Virus record (IMG/VR): IMGVR_UViG_3300037631_001279
Location: 1-25,175 of that record
Direction: 5' to 3' (one strand)
DNA length: 25,175 bases
Source: a virus
Lineage: Duplodnaviria; Caudoviricetes
Shown here: positions 1-8,127 of the stretch, in pieces
How the letters are laid out: each line of letters opens with the position of its first letter
How positions within the stretch are numbered: the first letter of the stretch is position 1
Program-made: the position numbers and the translations under genes
The notes under the pieces: generated by a model
Databases searched by the model: none
Told to the model about the DNA's origin: nothing
The model's input: the letters and a program-made list of their open reading frames with translations, nothing else

Positions 1-70
1 GTCTTCTTTACACGCAGTCGAAATGAAAAGGGTAAAAGTCGGGCAGTGTTCCCGAATAAAATGATAAAAT

Positions 71-682
71 ATGATTGATTTAAAAAACCAAGATTGCCTT
101 GAAGCAATGAAGAAGATGGACGACAACCAATTTGATTTGGCGATTGTTGACCCGCCCTACGGAATCAGCGTCAACAAGATGACACTTGGTTCCGGTAAGT
201 ATAAGAATAAAGGGAAGGCGTGGGATTCGGAAACACCAAGTCAAGAATACTATGACGAATTATTTCGTGTGTCAAGAAACCAAATCATTTGGGGTGCTAA
301 TTATATGATTGACAAAATCAAGCGTCCGTCTATGGGTTGGATTTACTGGGACAAACAAAACGGCGATTCTGATTTTTCGGATGGTGAGCTGGCATTCACG
401 TCATTCAACCGAGCGTTGCGTTCTTTCAAATATCATTTGTCAAAAGATAGGCACGCAAGATTTCATCCAACACAAAAGCCAGTTCAATTGTATGAATGGA
501 TTTTGGACAATTACGCAAAAGACTTTGATACGATTTTAGACACGCATTTAGGTTCGGGTTCAATAGCGTTGGCGTGTCACAATCGCGGCTACAATTTGAC
601 TGGTTTTGAAATTGATTTGGAATATTATGAAAAGGCTTGCGAACGATTACGCGTTCACCAATCTCAACTTACAATGTTTTAG
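71..682 (+). CDS. DNA methyltransferase, beta-class N6-adenine/N4-cytosine (N6_N4_Mtase family)
   Basis: Catalytic motif IV 'IVDPPY' near the N-terminus, 'HPTQKPVQL' and SAM-binding motif I 'LDTHLGSGS' near the C-terminus, which is the beta-class motif order. No cognate restriction enzyme nearby. Confidence 0.93.
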   Translation: MIDLKNQDCLEAMKKMDDNQFDLAIVDPPYGISVNKMTLGSGKYKNKGKAWDSETPSQEYYDELFRVSRNQIIWGANYMIDKIKRPSMGWIYWDKQNGDSDFSDGELAFTSFNRALRSFKYHLSKDRHARFHPTQKPVQLYEWILDNYAKDFDTILDTHLGSGSIALACHNRGYNLTGFEIDLEYYEKACERLRVHQSQLTMF

Positions 683-685
683 GAT

Positions 686-1135
686 ATGCCAGGAAGAAAA
701 CCAAAGCCAACAGCGATGCTGAAGGCAGCAGATACTTATAGAAAAGACCGTCACGAAGAGCGCCTTGAAGTGCAAGGCCGCCCAGTGCTCCCAACCTACC
801 AAAGTGCAGAGGAGACTTTTGACTGGTTGGTTAAGCACCTTGATGATCTTGGCGTTGTTGCAGAACTTGATGCCATCGCATTGCAAATGATAAGCGATGC
901 GTGGGAGGACTATTGCGCAAGCCGAGCAGTGATTAAAAGATTAGGCCCAACCTATGCGACCACCACAGCACAAGGTGATGAGATGCATCGACCAAGGCCC
1001 GAGCTTGCAATGATGAATGGTGCGTGGGATAGAATAAAAAAGATGCTCCCCGAGTTTGGACTCACCGCAGCGGCAAGAGCCAAGTTGAGCACACCCGAGA
1101 AGATTGATAGTTTAGAAGATTTATTAGGAGAATGA
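686..1135 (+). CDS. terS: terminase small subunit (P27 family)
   Basis: N-terminal 'GRKPKPTAMLK', 'HRPRPEL' and 'EFGLTAAARAKL' resemble the P27-family TerS signature (FGLTPxxR). Located upstream of terL. Confidence 0.9.
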   Translation: MPGRKPKPTAMLKAADTYRKDRHEERLEVQGRPVLPTYQSAEETFDWLVKHLDDLGVVAELDAIALQMISDAWEDYCASRAVIKRLGPTYATTTAQGDEMHRPRPELAMMNGAWDRIKKMLPEFGLTAAARAKLSTPEKIDSLEDLLGE

Positions 1136-1136
1136 T

Positions 1137-2009
1137 ATGGAGAAGAGATGTCACAAATGCAAAGAGATAAAGTCGTTCAATGATTTTCACAAAGACAATC
1201 GTTCAAAAGACGGGCATCAGTCAAAATGCAAGGATTGTAAGAAGCAATATCATTTGCAGAACAAGAAGCTAAAAAGCAAAAAGGATAAAGAACGCTATCA
1301 AGAAAAAAAAGAGGAGATAAAAAAAAGAACAAATCAATATTATCACGAAAACATTGAGGTCATCCGAGAAAGAAGAAAAAGGTATTACCATAAGAATGCC
1401 GACGACATCAAAAAGAAGGTAAAGGAATGGCGAGAAGAAAATATTGATTACGTAAAAAATCGAAATCGTAAGAAATACGAAGAAAACAAAAAAGAGATTT
1501 CACAAAAGCATAAGGAATACTATAACAACAACCGGAACAAGATATTACAAAGAGGTTCGGAGTACAGAAAAAACAACGCTGACAAGATAAAAGAGAACAA
1601 GTCAAATTATCACCAAAGAAAAAAGAATGACCCAGTTTATAAATACTCAAGATTGCTGAGGAATAACATACGGTCATCTTACAAAAGGAACGGATTCAAG
1701 AAATCAAAGAACACCGAAAAAATACTTGGATGCACGTTAACTTGGTTTTTTAAAGAATGGTTAAACAACCAGTACAATCCACCAAAAACACACATTGACC
1801 ACATTGTTCCAGTGTCATTGGCAAAAAGCAAAGATGAGGTTTTTGCATTGAACCACTTTAGCAATATGCAAATATTAAACGCTAATGATAATTTGTCTAA
1901 AAACAACAAATATGTTTCCCTTACTGGATTAACGAAAGTGTTGTCTAACCATCCCAGTCCCAATACAATAAAAAGGATTGTGTCAAGAAGTCAAATAAAA
2001 ATCAAATAA
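1137..2009 (+). CDS. HNH endonuclease (putative homing endonuclease) with N-terminal CxxC...CxxC zinc ribbon and long Lys/Arg-rich helical region
   Basis: 'CHKCKEIK...CKDCK' at the N-terminus and 'HIDHIVP...NHFSNMQIL...DNLSKNNK' HNH motif at the C-terminus. Visibly more A-rich than terS/terL. Its stop overlaps the terL start (TAATG). Confidence 0.85.
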   Translation: MEKRCHKCKEIKSFNDFHKDNRSKDGHQSKCKDCKKQYHLQNKKLKSKKDKERYQEKKEEIKKRTNQYYHENIEVIRERRKRYYHKNADDIKKKVKEWREENIDYVKNRNRKKYEENKKEISQKHKEYYNNNRNKILQRGSEYRKNNADKIKENKSNYHQRKKNDPVYKYSRLLRNNIRSSYKRNGFKKSKNTEKILGCTLTWFFKEWLNNQYNPPKTHIDHIVPVSLAKSKDEVFALNHFSNMQILNANDNLSKNNKYVSLTGLTKVLSNHPSPNTIKRIVSRSQIKIK

Positions 2010-3556
2010 TGTACGACAGCAACAAAGCAGATAGGGTCATCAGATTTATAGAAAAGGTCTGCACCCACGTTAAAGGTGACTTAGCCAATAAGCCATTCAT
2101 ATTAGAGGAGTGGCAGATAGAATACATACGCCAACTCTTTGGTACGGTAAACGAAGATGGTACTCGGCAGTACCGCACCTCGTTTGTGTTCATCCCGCGT
2201 AAGAATGGAAAGAGTAACCTACTCGCTGCTATTGGTTTGGCTTTGCTATTCGTAGAGAAAGAGCCAGGAGCGGAGATATATGTATGCGCCTCATCACGCG
2301 ACCAAGCAAACGCTATCTATGACGTATGTAAGCAAATGGTTCGGAATCAACCTGTACTCGAGCGCGCTTGTAAGGTGTACCGCAACTCGATTGTGCTCAA
2401 CGGCACCAACTCATTCCTTAAAGCGGTAGCTGCGGATGCTGGTGTTTTGCACGGGAGCAATGCGAGTGCGGTATTGTATGATGAGGTGCATACTGCTAAA
2501 AACCGTGAGCTTTGGGATGTAATGGCTACCTCTATGGGTGCACGTTCCCAGCCGCTTATGTTCGGCATCTCTACTGCGGGCCTCTTCGATCCTAACAGCG
2601 TTTGCTATGAGCTTTATGATTATGGGAAGAAGGTGCGCAGCGGAATCATTGAGGACAGCACTTTCTTGCCACTTATATATGAGGCCTCTCTTGATGATGA
2701 TATCCATAGTGAGGATACGTGGCGCAAAGCAAACCCCAACTTTGATGTGAGCATCAAGCCCGAGTATTTTAAAAAGATGAGCCAAGAGGCAAAGAGCCTA
2801 CCGTCCAGTGAGATTGCGTTTAGGCAGTTGCACTTGAACCAATGGGTGAATAGCTTAAGTGGCTGGATATCTGATGATGAGTGGATGAAAAGCTCGGGCA
2901 GTGTACACTTAGAAGAGTTAAAAGGGAGGCCTTGTTATGGCGGTTTAGATTTAGCAGCCGTTGAGGATGTCACTGCTTTTGTTTTGGTATTCCCTTGGGA
3001 TGATGGCAGTATCAAGGTGTTGCCTTATCTATTTGTAAGTGAGGCCGCCGTGGAGCGCAGAAGGGTGCAAACGGGTGGATCGTACGACAGCTTTGTTTCT
3101 AAAGGTGAGCTTATCGTTACCGATGGGAACAGCACCGACTATAGCGTTATCAAGCAGAAGATATTGGAGGCCGCTGATGTGTTTGATGTGCAGAGCATCG
3201 CTTTTGATAGATGGAACTCTAACTCTTTAGTGCAGCAGCTCGTAGATGAGGGCCTTGATTTAGACCCGTTCGGCCAAGGGTTTGTATCTATGAGTGGCCC
3301 AATCAAGAATGCTGAGGTATTGATTAAGAAAGCGGCATTGCACCACGGCGGTCACTCTATGCTTCGCTGGATGGTAGGGAATGTTGTAGTGAAGAAAGAT
3401 GATGCTGAGAACGTGAAGTTCTCTAAAGCAAAAGCTGGCGATAAGATTGATGGCGTTGTTGCTATGATAATGGCGCTGGGTGAAAAGATGACGGTTGAGA
3501 ATTCTGATGTATCGAAAGTCAGCACTTATGAAAGTCAAGAAATCCGATTCTTATGA
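2009..3556 (+). CDS. terL: terminase large subunit (HK97/Terminase_1-like)
   Basis: Walker A 'IPRKNGKS', Walker B 'VLYDEVH', motif III 'ISTAG', nuclease 'YGGLDLA' and C-terminal 'KIDGVVAMIMA'. Confidence 0.97.
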   Translation: MYDSNKADRVIRFIEKVCTHVKGDLANKPFILEEWQIEYIRQLFGTVNEDGTRQYRTSFVFIPRKNGKSNLLAAIGLALLFVEKEPGAEIYVCASSRDQANAIYDVCKQMVRNQPVLERACKVYRNSIVLNGTNSFLKAVAADAGVLHGSNASAVLYDEVHTAKNRELWDVMATSMGARSQPLMFGISTAGLFDPNSVCYELYDYGKKVRSGIIEDSTFLPLIYEASLDDDIHSEDTWRKANPNFDVSIKPEYFKKMSQEAKSLPSSEIAFRQLHLNQWVNSLSGWISDDEWMKSSGSVHLEELKGRPCYGGLDLAAVEDVTAFVLVFPWDDGSIKVLPYLFVSEAAVERRRVQTGGSYDSFVSKGELIVTDGNSTDYSVIKQKILEAADVFDVQSIAFDRWNSNSLVQQLVDEGLDLDPFGQGFVSMSGPIKNAEVLIKKAALHHGGHSMLRWMVGNVVVKKDDAENVKFSKAKAGDKIDGVVAMIMALGEKMTVENSDVSKVSTYESQEIRFL

Positions 3557-3702
3557 CCATAGATGAAGCAAAAAAGGTTGGGTTGCTGCTCTTCGATGTT
3601 CCAGGATTGTCTCCTTTTTTAAGACACGAGGGAGGGAATAACTACTCCGTTGAACTCATTTTTGAGGGTAAAAGCTACACGATACAAAAAGAGCGTTATT
3701 AA
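3553..3702 (+). CDS. hypothetical 49-aa protein (not in ORF track)
   Basis: ATG at 3553 overlaps the terL stop (ATGA). Translation MTIDEAKKVGLLLFDVPGLSPFLRHEGGNNYSVELIFEGKSYTIQKERY*. Confidence 0.6.
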   Translation: MTIDEAKKVGLLLFDVPGLSPFLRHEGGNNYSVELIFEGKSYTIQKERY

Positions 3703-3843
3703 CATTTAGGTGTTAATTTTCTTTTTGTTCCTCCTATATATAGAGAAAAAAAATAAAAAATAAAGGTATTTGTCTTTGTATTTATTTCCCTACGGAGGCA
3801 TAGCCTCCTCCGTAGGTAAATAGATACTTGCATCTTTGACAAA
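3694..3843 (+). repeat. ~150-bp structured non-coding element, copy 1 (copy 2 at 22380-22532)
   Basis: Shares long identical blocks with 22380-22532: CGTTATTAACA, TGTTAATTTTCTTTTTG, CTATATATAGAGAAAAAAAATAAAAAATAAAG, TTTGTATTTATTTCCCTA and TAGGTAAATAGATACTTGCAT. Contains a rod-like hairpin at 3769-3843. Confidence 0.9.
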
Positions 3844-3854
3844 CGCTGGGGCAC

Positions 3855-3884
3855 TTGTTTCGTGTTTGTTTTTTTGTATATTTA
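3855..3884 (+). promoter_or_regulatory. putative Bacteroidota-type housekeeping promoter for the moron gene
   Basis: TTG (3855-3857), 19-nt spacer, TATATTTA (3877-3884). One mismatch to the TTG-N19-TAnnTTTG consensus; 25 nt upstream of ATG 3910. Confidence 0.55.
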
Positions 3885-3909
3885 GAGGACAACAACAAAA
3901 CTCTTGATT

Positions 3910-4110
3910 ATGAAAGAAACGAAATTAGTTATTGGCGATTACTTGCTATCGAAAAGATTCGGGTGGCAGTACAAGATCATCAGCATCAGAAATGGTGTTG
4001 CTGTTTTGCAAGATATCGTGCGTGAGAATGTACGAATGAGATTTACCCTTCGCGCCTTGCGTAATAGGATTGAAATAGATAGCTTTGCTCACTCACCGCA
4101 TCCATTTTAG
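3910..4110 (+). CDS. hypothetical 66-aa basic protein (moron between terL and portal)
   Basis: ORF track gives 3904..4110 with a TTG start; ATG at 3910 is preferred. Flanked by its own promoter-like motif and an intrinsic terminator. Confidence 0.7.
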   Translation: MKETKLVIGDYLLSKRFGWQYKIISIRNGVAVLQDIVRENVRMRFTLRALRNRIEIDSFAHSPHPF

Positions 4111-4154
4111 TGTTGGTTTTGGTTTATTAATTTCTATTAGGTTCTTAGCGGTGC

Positions 4155-4188
4155 AAACCTCCTCATTGATTTGAGGGGGTTTTTTTAT
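4155..4188 (+). terminator. rho-independent terminator
   Basis: Stem AAACCTCCTCA / TGAGGGGGTTT (one G-U pair), 6-nt loop, followed by a T-tract. Confidence 0.85.
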
Positions 4189-4197
4189 TCCCATTTA

Positions 4198-4213
4198 GCG
4201 ATACTTATATTTG
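4198..4213 (+). promoter_or_regulatory. putative late promoter motif GCGATACTTATATTT(G) upstream of portal
   Basis: Contains TATATTTG, which matches the Bacteroidota -7 box. The identical 15-mer recurs at 15062-15076 in another intergenic gap. Confidence 0.65.
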
Positions 4214-4243
4214 GTGATGTAATTACAAAGTACACACTACTTT

Positions 4244-5452
4244 ATGGCCGAGAATCAAAATCTATTTGGGCGTATCATTGGAGCATTCCGCTCTTCGCCT
4301 AATAACCCTTCAACATCATTAGCGAATCCCGCTTCTTGGATGTTTGACGGCGCGGCCTCAAAAACGGGTATTGCAATCACTGAGGATAGCGCTATGCGCC
4401 TTTCTGCGGTATTTGGTGCCGTTCGTGTTATCTCCGAGACTATAGCATCATTGCCGTGGGCAGTGAAGCAAGATGTAGGCGATAGCACCCGCAACGCATC
4501 AGCACACCCAATCAATAAGCTAATACATCACCCGAACGGGATGATGACGGACTTTAACTTTAGAGAGGTTTGTCAGGCGCACCTTTGTTTGCACGGGAAT
4601 GCATTTATTGCGATCCGTAGAAACGAAGCGGGCCAGCCCGTTAAACTTATTCCAGTACACCCCGACCGCGTTGAGGTTAAGGTCTACAAGGATGAGAAGT
4701 TCTACAACATTGACCAAGGTAAAGAGACCTTTGATGATACTGAGATGATACACATTTTAGGGTTATCGTTTGACGGTATCATTGGTAAGAGTGTAATAGA
4801 GGCAGCACGAGAAAGCATTGGCCTTGGTTTGGCTGCTGACCAGTTCGGTGGTTCATTCTTTGGTAATGGCGCAAACGTAAGTGCGGTGCTCACGCATCCT
4901 GGCCGCCTATCAGATGAAGCCTATAAGCGTTTAATGGCTTCTTGGCAACGTAGGTACAGCGGTCTCGACAACGCACATAAGACAGCCATATTGGAAGAAG
5001 GAATGAACTTGCAAAAGGTCAGCATCTCACCACAAGAATCGCAGTTCTTAGAAACGCGTAAGTTTGGAGTAGAAGACATTGCAAGGTTTTTCCGTATCCC
5101 ATTGGCTTATCTTGGATCGTTAGAGAACTCAAGTACGAGAGCCAACATCGAGGAGCAAGGCATTCAGTTCCAGCGCAACACGATACTACCGTGGGTAAAG
5201 CGTTGGGAGGCAGAGTTTAACCGCAAGCTATTTCCTGGTCAAGAGGACTATTTTATCCGTATCAATATGGATGGGCTTCTTCGCGGTGATATCTCAAGCA
5301 GATACTCAAGCTATGCAACGGCAAGACAATGGGGATGGTTGAGCGTTAATGACATACGCAAACACGAGAGCCTTGACCCAATTGATGGAGGAGATATTTA
5401 CTTACAACCTATGAATATGGTTGAGGCGGGAACTGATAACGCTGCTGAGTAA
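4244..5452 (+). CDS. portal protein, HK97 family
   Basis: 'LSAVFGAVRVISETIASLP', 'LCLHGNAF', 'FFGNGANVSAVL', 'ILEEGM', 'QFLETRKF...IARFFRIP' and 'GWLSVNDIRKHESLDPIDGGD'. Confidence 0.97.
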   Translation: MAENQNLFGRIIGAFRSSPNNPSTSLANPASWMFDGAASKTGIAITEDSAMRLSAVFGAVRVISETIASLPWAVKQDVGDSTRNASAHPINKLIHHPNGMMTDFNFREVCQAHLCLHGNAFIAIRRNEAGQPVKLIPVHPDRVEVKVYKDEKFYNIDQGKETFDDTEMIHILGLSFDGIIGKSVIEAARESIGLGLAADQFGGSFFGNGANVSAVLTHPGRLSDEAYKRLMASWQRRYSGLDNAHKTAILEEGMNLQKVSISPQESQFLETRKFGVEDIARFFRIPLAYLGSLENSSTRANIEEQGIQFQRNTILPWVKRWEAEFNRKLFPGQEDYFIRINMDGLLRGDISSRYSSYATARQWGWLSVNDIRKHESLDPIDGGDIYLQPMNMVEAGTDNAAE

Positions 5453-6735
5453 TGCCATACAATGACTATCCACAAGCAGCAGTAAACAACGCACAACGTG
5501 CTTTAGACTTCCGTGAGAAGAATGGTACGGATTGTGGTACACCTGTAGGGTGGGCAAGAGCAAACCAAATCGCGGGTAAAGAAAACCTCAGCGATGAAAC
5601 GCTTGTAAGAACTTACAGCTTTTTGAGTAGAGCGAAGACCTACGACCAAGGTAAGTTCACTGATGAGGACGGCAAGGAGATTTGCGGTTCTATTATGTAT
5701 GCAGCTTGGGGCGGTGATGAGATGCTGCGCTGGGCAAAAAGAACGATAGAAGGAATGGAAGAAAATAAAAACGAGCGCCACATCAAGTCCGTTGTTGAGA
5801 CTGATGAGGAAATTGTCATCACATTCGGTAAGGGTGAGATGGAAGAGGCTGGCTATAAAGATGAGGAGCGTGCAGCACCCGATGCGTTGAGCGTAGGTGA
5901 TTTTGTACGTTGGAACACAAGCGGCGGAAACGCTTACGGTGTTATCATTCAAATCGAAAGAGATGGAGAACTCGAGGCAGATAGCGGCTTTAAAGTCAAC
6001 GGCACTGCTGATGATCCAGCGGCTCTCATTAGAATATACCGCTACTCCTCGGAAGAGGAAGCCTACATCGAGCGCAAGCCAGCGCTTAATGTCGCGCACC
6101 GCTTCTCGACTTTAGAGAAGTTTGATGCTGAGGTGCGTAGCCACAAGGCCATCATTGAGAAGCGTGAGTTCCGTATGGAGAACGCTGAGTATGAAGGCAA
6201 CACCATTAGAGGATACGCTGCTGTTTACAACAGCGACAGCGAATGGATGGGAGGCTTCTACGAGCAGATTGCTACTGGAGCCTTTGATGAGGTAATGGAT
6301 AACGACACACGCGCTTACTTTAATCACGATGAGAATTTATTACTTGGTAGAGTGTCCAGCGGAACCCTACGCCTTGGTAGTGATGAGCGAGGACTCTACT
6401 ACGAAGTTGACCTACCGAATACTTCATACGCAAATGATTTGGTTGAATTGATGAAGAGAGGTGATGTGAACCAAAGTTCATTCGCCTTCTTGATTGACCG
6501 CGACCGCTGGGAAGAGCGTGATGGAAAGACTTATAGAATAATAGAAAAAGTATCAAGGCTTCTTGATGTATCGCCAGTTGCGCAACCTGCGTACCCCGAT
6601 GCTACAAGTGAGCTAATGATGAGAAAAGATACACCCGAATCAGAGGGTGCTGAAGTTGAGGTGAAAGCCGAGGCGGAAGAAATGTCTGATATTGAAATCT
6701 TTGAATATAAACTCAAACTTTTAAAACTCGATTAA
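5452..6735 (+). CDS. prohead maturation protease (HK97 family) with ~235-aa N-terminal accessory domains
   Basis: C-terminal half has 'IRGYAAVYNS', 'FNHDENLLLGR', 'DERGLYYEVDLPNT', 'RGDVNQSSFAF' and 'LLDVSPVAQPAYPDA'. Located between portal and capsid genes. Confidence 0.92.
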   Translation: MPYNDYPQAAVNNAQRALDFREKNGTDCGTPVGWARANQIAGKENLSDETLVRTYSFLSRAKTYDQGKFTDEDGKEICGSIMYAAWGGDEMLRWAKRTIEGMEENKNERHIKSVVETDEEIVITFGKGEMEEAGYKDEERAAPDALSVGDFVRWNTSGGNAYGVIIQIERDGELEADSGFKVNGTADDPAALIRIYRYSSEEEAYIERKPALNVAHRFSTLEKFDAEVRSHKAIIEKREFRMENAEYEGNTIRGYAAVYNSDSEWMGGFYEQIATGAFDEVMDNDTRAYFNHDENLLLGRVSSGTLRLGSDERGLYYEVDLPNTSYANDLVELMKRGDVNQSSFAFLIDRDRWEERDGKTYRIIEKVSRLLDVSPVAQPAYPDATSELMMRKDTPESEGAEVEVKAEAEEMSDIEIFEYKLKLLKLD

Positions 6736-6736
6736 G

Positions 6737-7936
6737 ATGAAAAACATCGAATTAAGAGGACGTCGTGCGCAGCTCATCAAAGATGCTGATGCAATTGTAG
6801 CTGGTGCACACGCTGAAAATCGCTCAATGACGGGCGAAGAAAAAACAAAGTTTGAAGCTATCGAAGCAGATGCTCGTGGCCTCAAGCAAGAAATTGAAAT
6901 CATCGAGCGTAACGCTGAGATGAAGAAAGAGATCGCTTCAATGGAAGGCGAAGCTCGTGCTGCTGCTCCTAAAGCAAACGCATCTGCTGCATTCTCTAAA
7001 TACCTACGTCACGGCTTTGGTTCATTGTCTGCTGAAGAGCGCTCAATGGTACAAAAGCGTGGTACTGCGACTCAAATCGCTGGTACTGATAGCTTAGGTG
7101 GTTTCTTAGTACCTCAAGAGTTCAGCAATGAGCTTGATGTTGCTACTGCCTTCACAGGTGAAGTAGAGCGTTTGGCTAAGAAGTTGAACACTGCTTCAGG
7201 TGGCTTGTTAGATTACCCAACAATCAACGATACTGCAACTGATGCTAACCTAATTGGTGAGGCTTCTGCGGTAACGGTACAAGATATGACCTTTGGCAAC
7301 AAGCAGCTTTCTGCTTACAACTACAGCTCATTAGTAAAAGTATCTCAGCAATTGTTGCAAGACTCTGCTTTCGACTTGAACTCGTTCTTGGTTGAAGCTA
7401 TGGGTGAGCGTATCGCTCGTGCAACCAATGCGGCTTTTACTACTGGTACTGGTTCTTCTCAACCTCAAGGTTTGGTAACTGGTTCAGCTTTAGGTAACAC
7501 TGCTGCTGGTGCAACTGCAATCACTGCGGATGATATCCTTGACCTTATCTACAGCGTAGATGCTTCTTATCGCAACAAGCCTGGCTTCGGTCTTATGGCT
7601 CACGATAACATCGTTTCTGCTGTTCGTGCTTTAGGCCTTGGTTCTGCTAATGACTTCCCAATCTTCATCCCATCGATGGAAGCTGGGCAGCCTGACCGCA
7701 TCTTCGGTATTCCAGTTTATGTGAATAACGATATGCAGTCAAGCATCGCAACTGGTACTAAGACAATGATTGCTGCTGACTTCAGCAAGTTTGTTGTTCG
7801 TAATGCTGGTGGTGTTCAAATGCTACGCTTAAACGAGCGTTTCGCTGACGAACTCGAAGTAGGCTTTGTAAGCTACAAGAGAAGCGATTCTGCTGTATTG
7901 GATAGCCGTGCAGTTAAGCACTTGATCCAAGCATAA
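6737..7936 (+). CDS. major capsid protein, HK97 fold, with N-terminal coiled-coil scaffold (delta) domain
   Basis: Helical first ~105 aa, then 'GGFLVPQEF', 'VSQQLLQDSAFDL', 'GTGSSQPQGL', 'RIFGIPVYVN' and 'ADFSKF'. Confidence 0.97.
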   Translation: MKNIELRGRRAQLIKDADAIVAGAHAENRSMTGEEKTKFEAIEADARGLKQEIEIIERNAEMKKEIASMEGEARAAAPKANASAAFSKYLRHGFGSLSAEERSMVQKRGTATQIAGTDSLGGFLVPQEFSNELDVATAFTGEVERLAKKLNTASGGLLDYPTINDTATDANLIGEASAVTVQDMTFGNKQLSAYNYSSLVKVSQQLLQDSAFDLNSFLVEAMGERIARATNAAFTTGTGSSQPQGLVTGSALGNTAAGATAITADDILDLIYSVDASYRNKPGFGLMAHDNIVSAVRALGLGSANDFPIFIPSMEAGQPDRIFGIPVYVNNDMQSSIATGTKTMIAADFSKFVVRNAGGVQMLRLNERFADELEVGFVSYKRSDSAVLDSRAVKHLIQA

Positions 7937-7938
7937 GG

Positions 7939-8127
7939 ATGAAAGTAGTCTTTAAAAAGACTGTTGCTGGCAATGGGTTCCGCTTCCGCAAAGGTGCGGA
8001 GGTGGAACTCCCCAGCGATAGAGCAATGGAGTTCTTGAACGCTGGTTTTTGCGATGCAGTTGCAGAGCCACCTAAAAAGCGTGCCAAGAAGACCGTGTCA
8101 AAACCAAAAAGTAAGGAGAAAAGGTAA
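7939..8127 (+). CDS. small basic capsid-region protein, function unknown
   Basis: 62 aa immediately after the MCP; 'FRKGAEVELPSDRAMEFLNAGF' followed by a Lys-rich tail, typical of small post-MCP genes. Confidence 0.75.
   Translation: MKVVFKKTVAGNGFRFRKGAEVELPSDRAMEFLNAGFCDAVAEPPKKRAKKTVSKPKSKEKR

Noticed and set aside
1-70. Possible cos/packaging site upstream of the methyltransferase and terS
   Set aside because: The position is compatible with HK97-like genome ends, but no identifiable cos sequence or terminase-binding repeats are visible in 70 bp. Read-end analysis is needed.
71-682. Methyltransferase as part of a restriction-modification system with the HNH gene
   Set aside because: The two are separated by terS. 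Orphan MTases near terminase genes are common in phages, and the HNH has homing-type architecture.
3769-3843. Hairpin of the repeated element as a tRNA or simple intrinsic terminator
   Set aside because: No cloverleaf or T-loop/anticodon arms, no U-tract directly after the stem, and copy 2 already lies just downstream of a separate terminator.
5503-6099. 198-aa minus-strand ORF and the other minus-strand or nested ORFs in the track
   Set aside because: They overlap well-supported + strand genes, have no recognisable motifs, and are best read as shadow ORFs.
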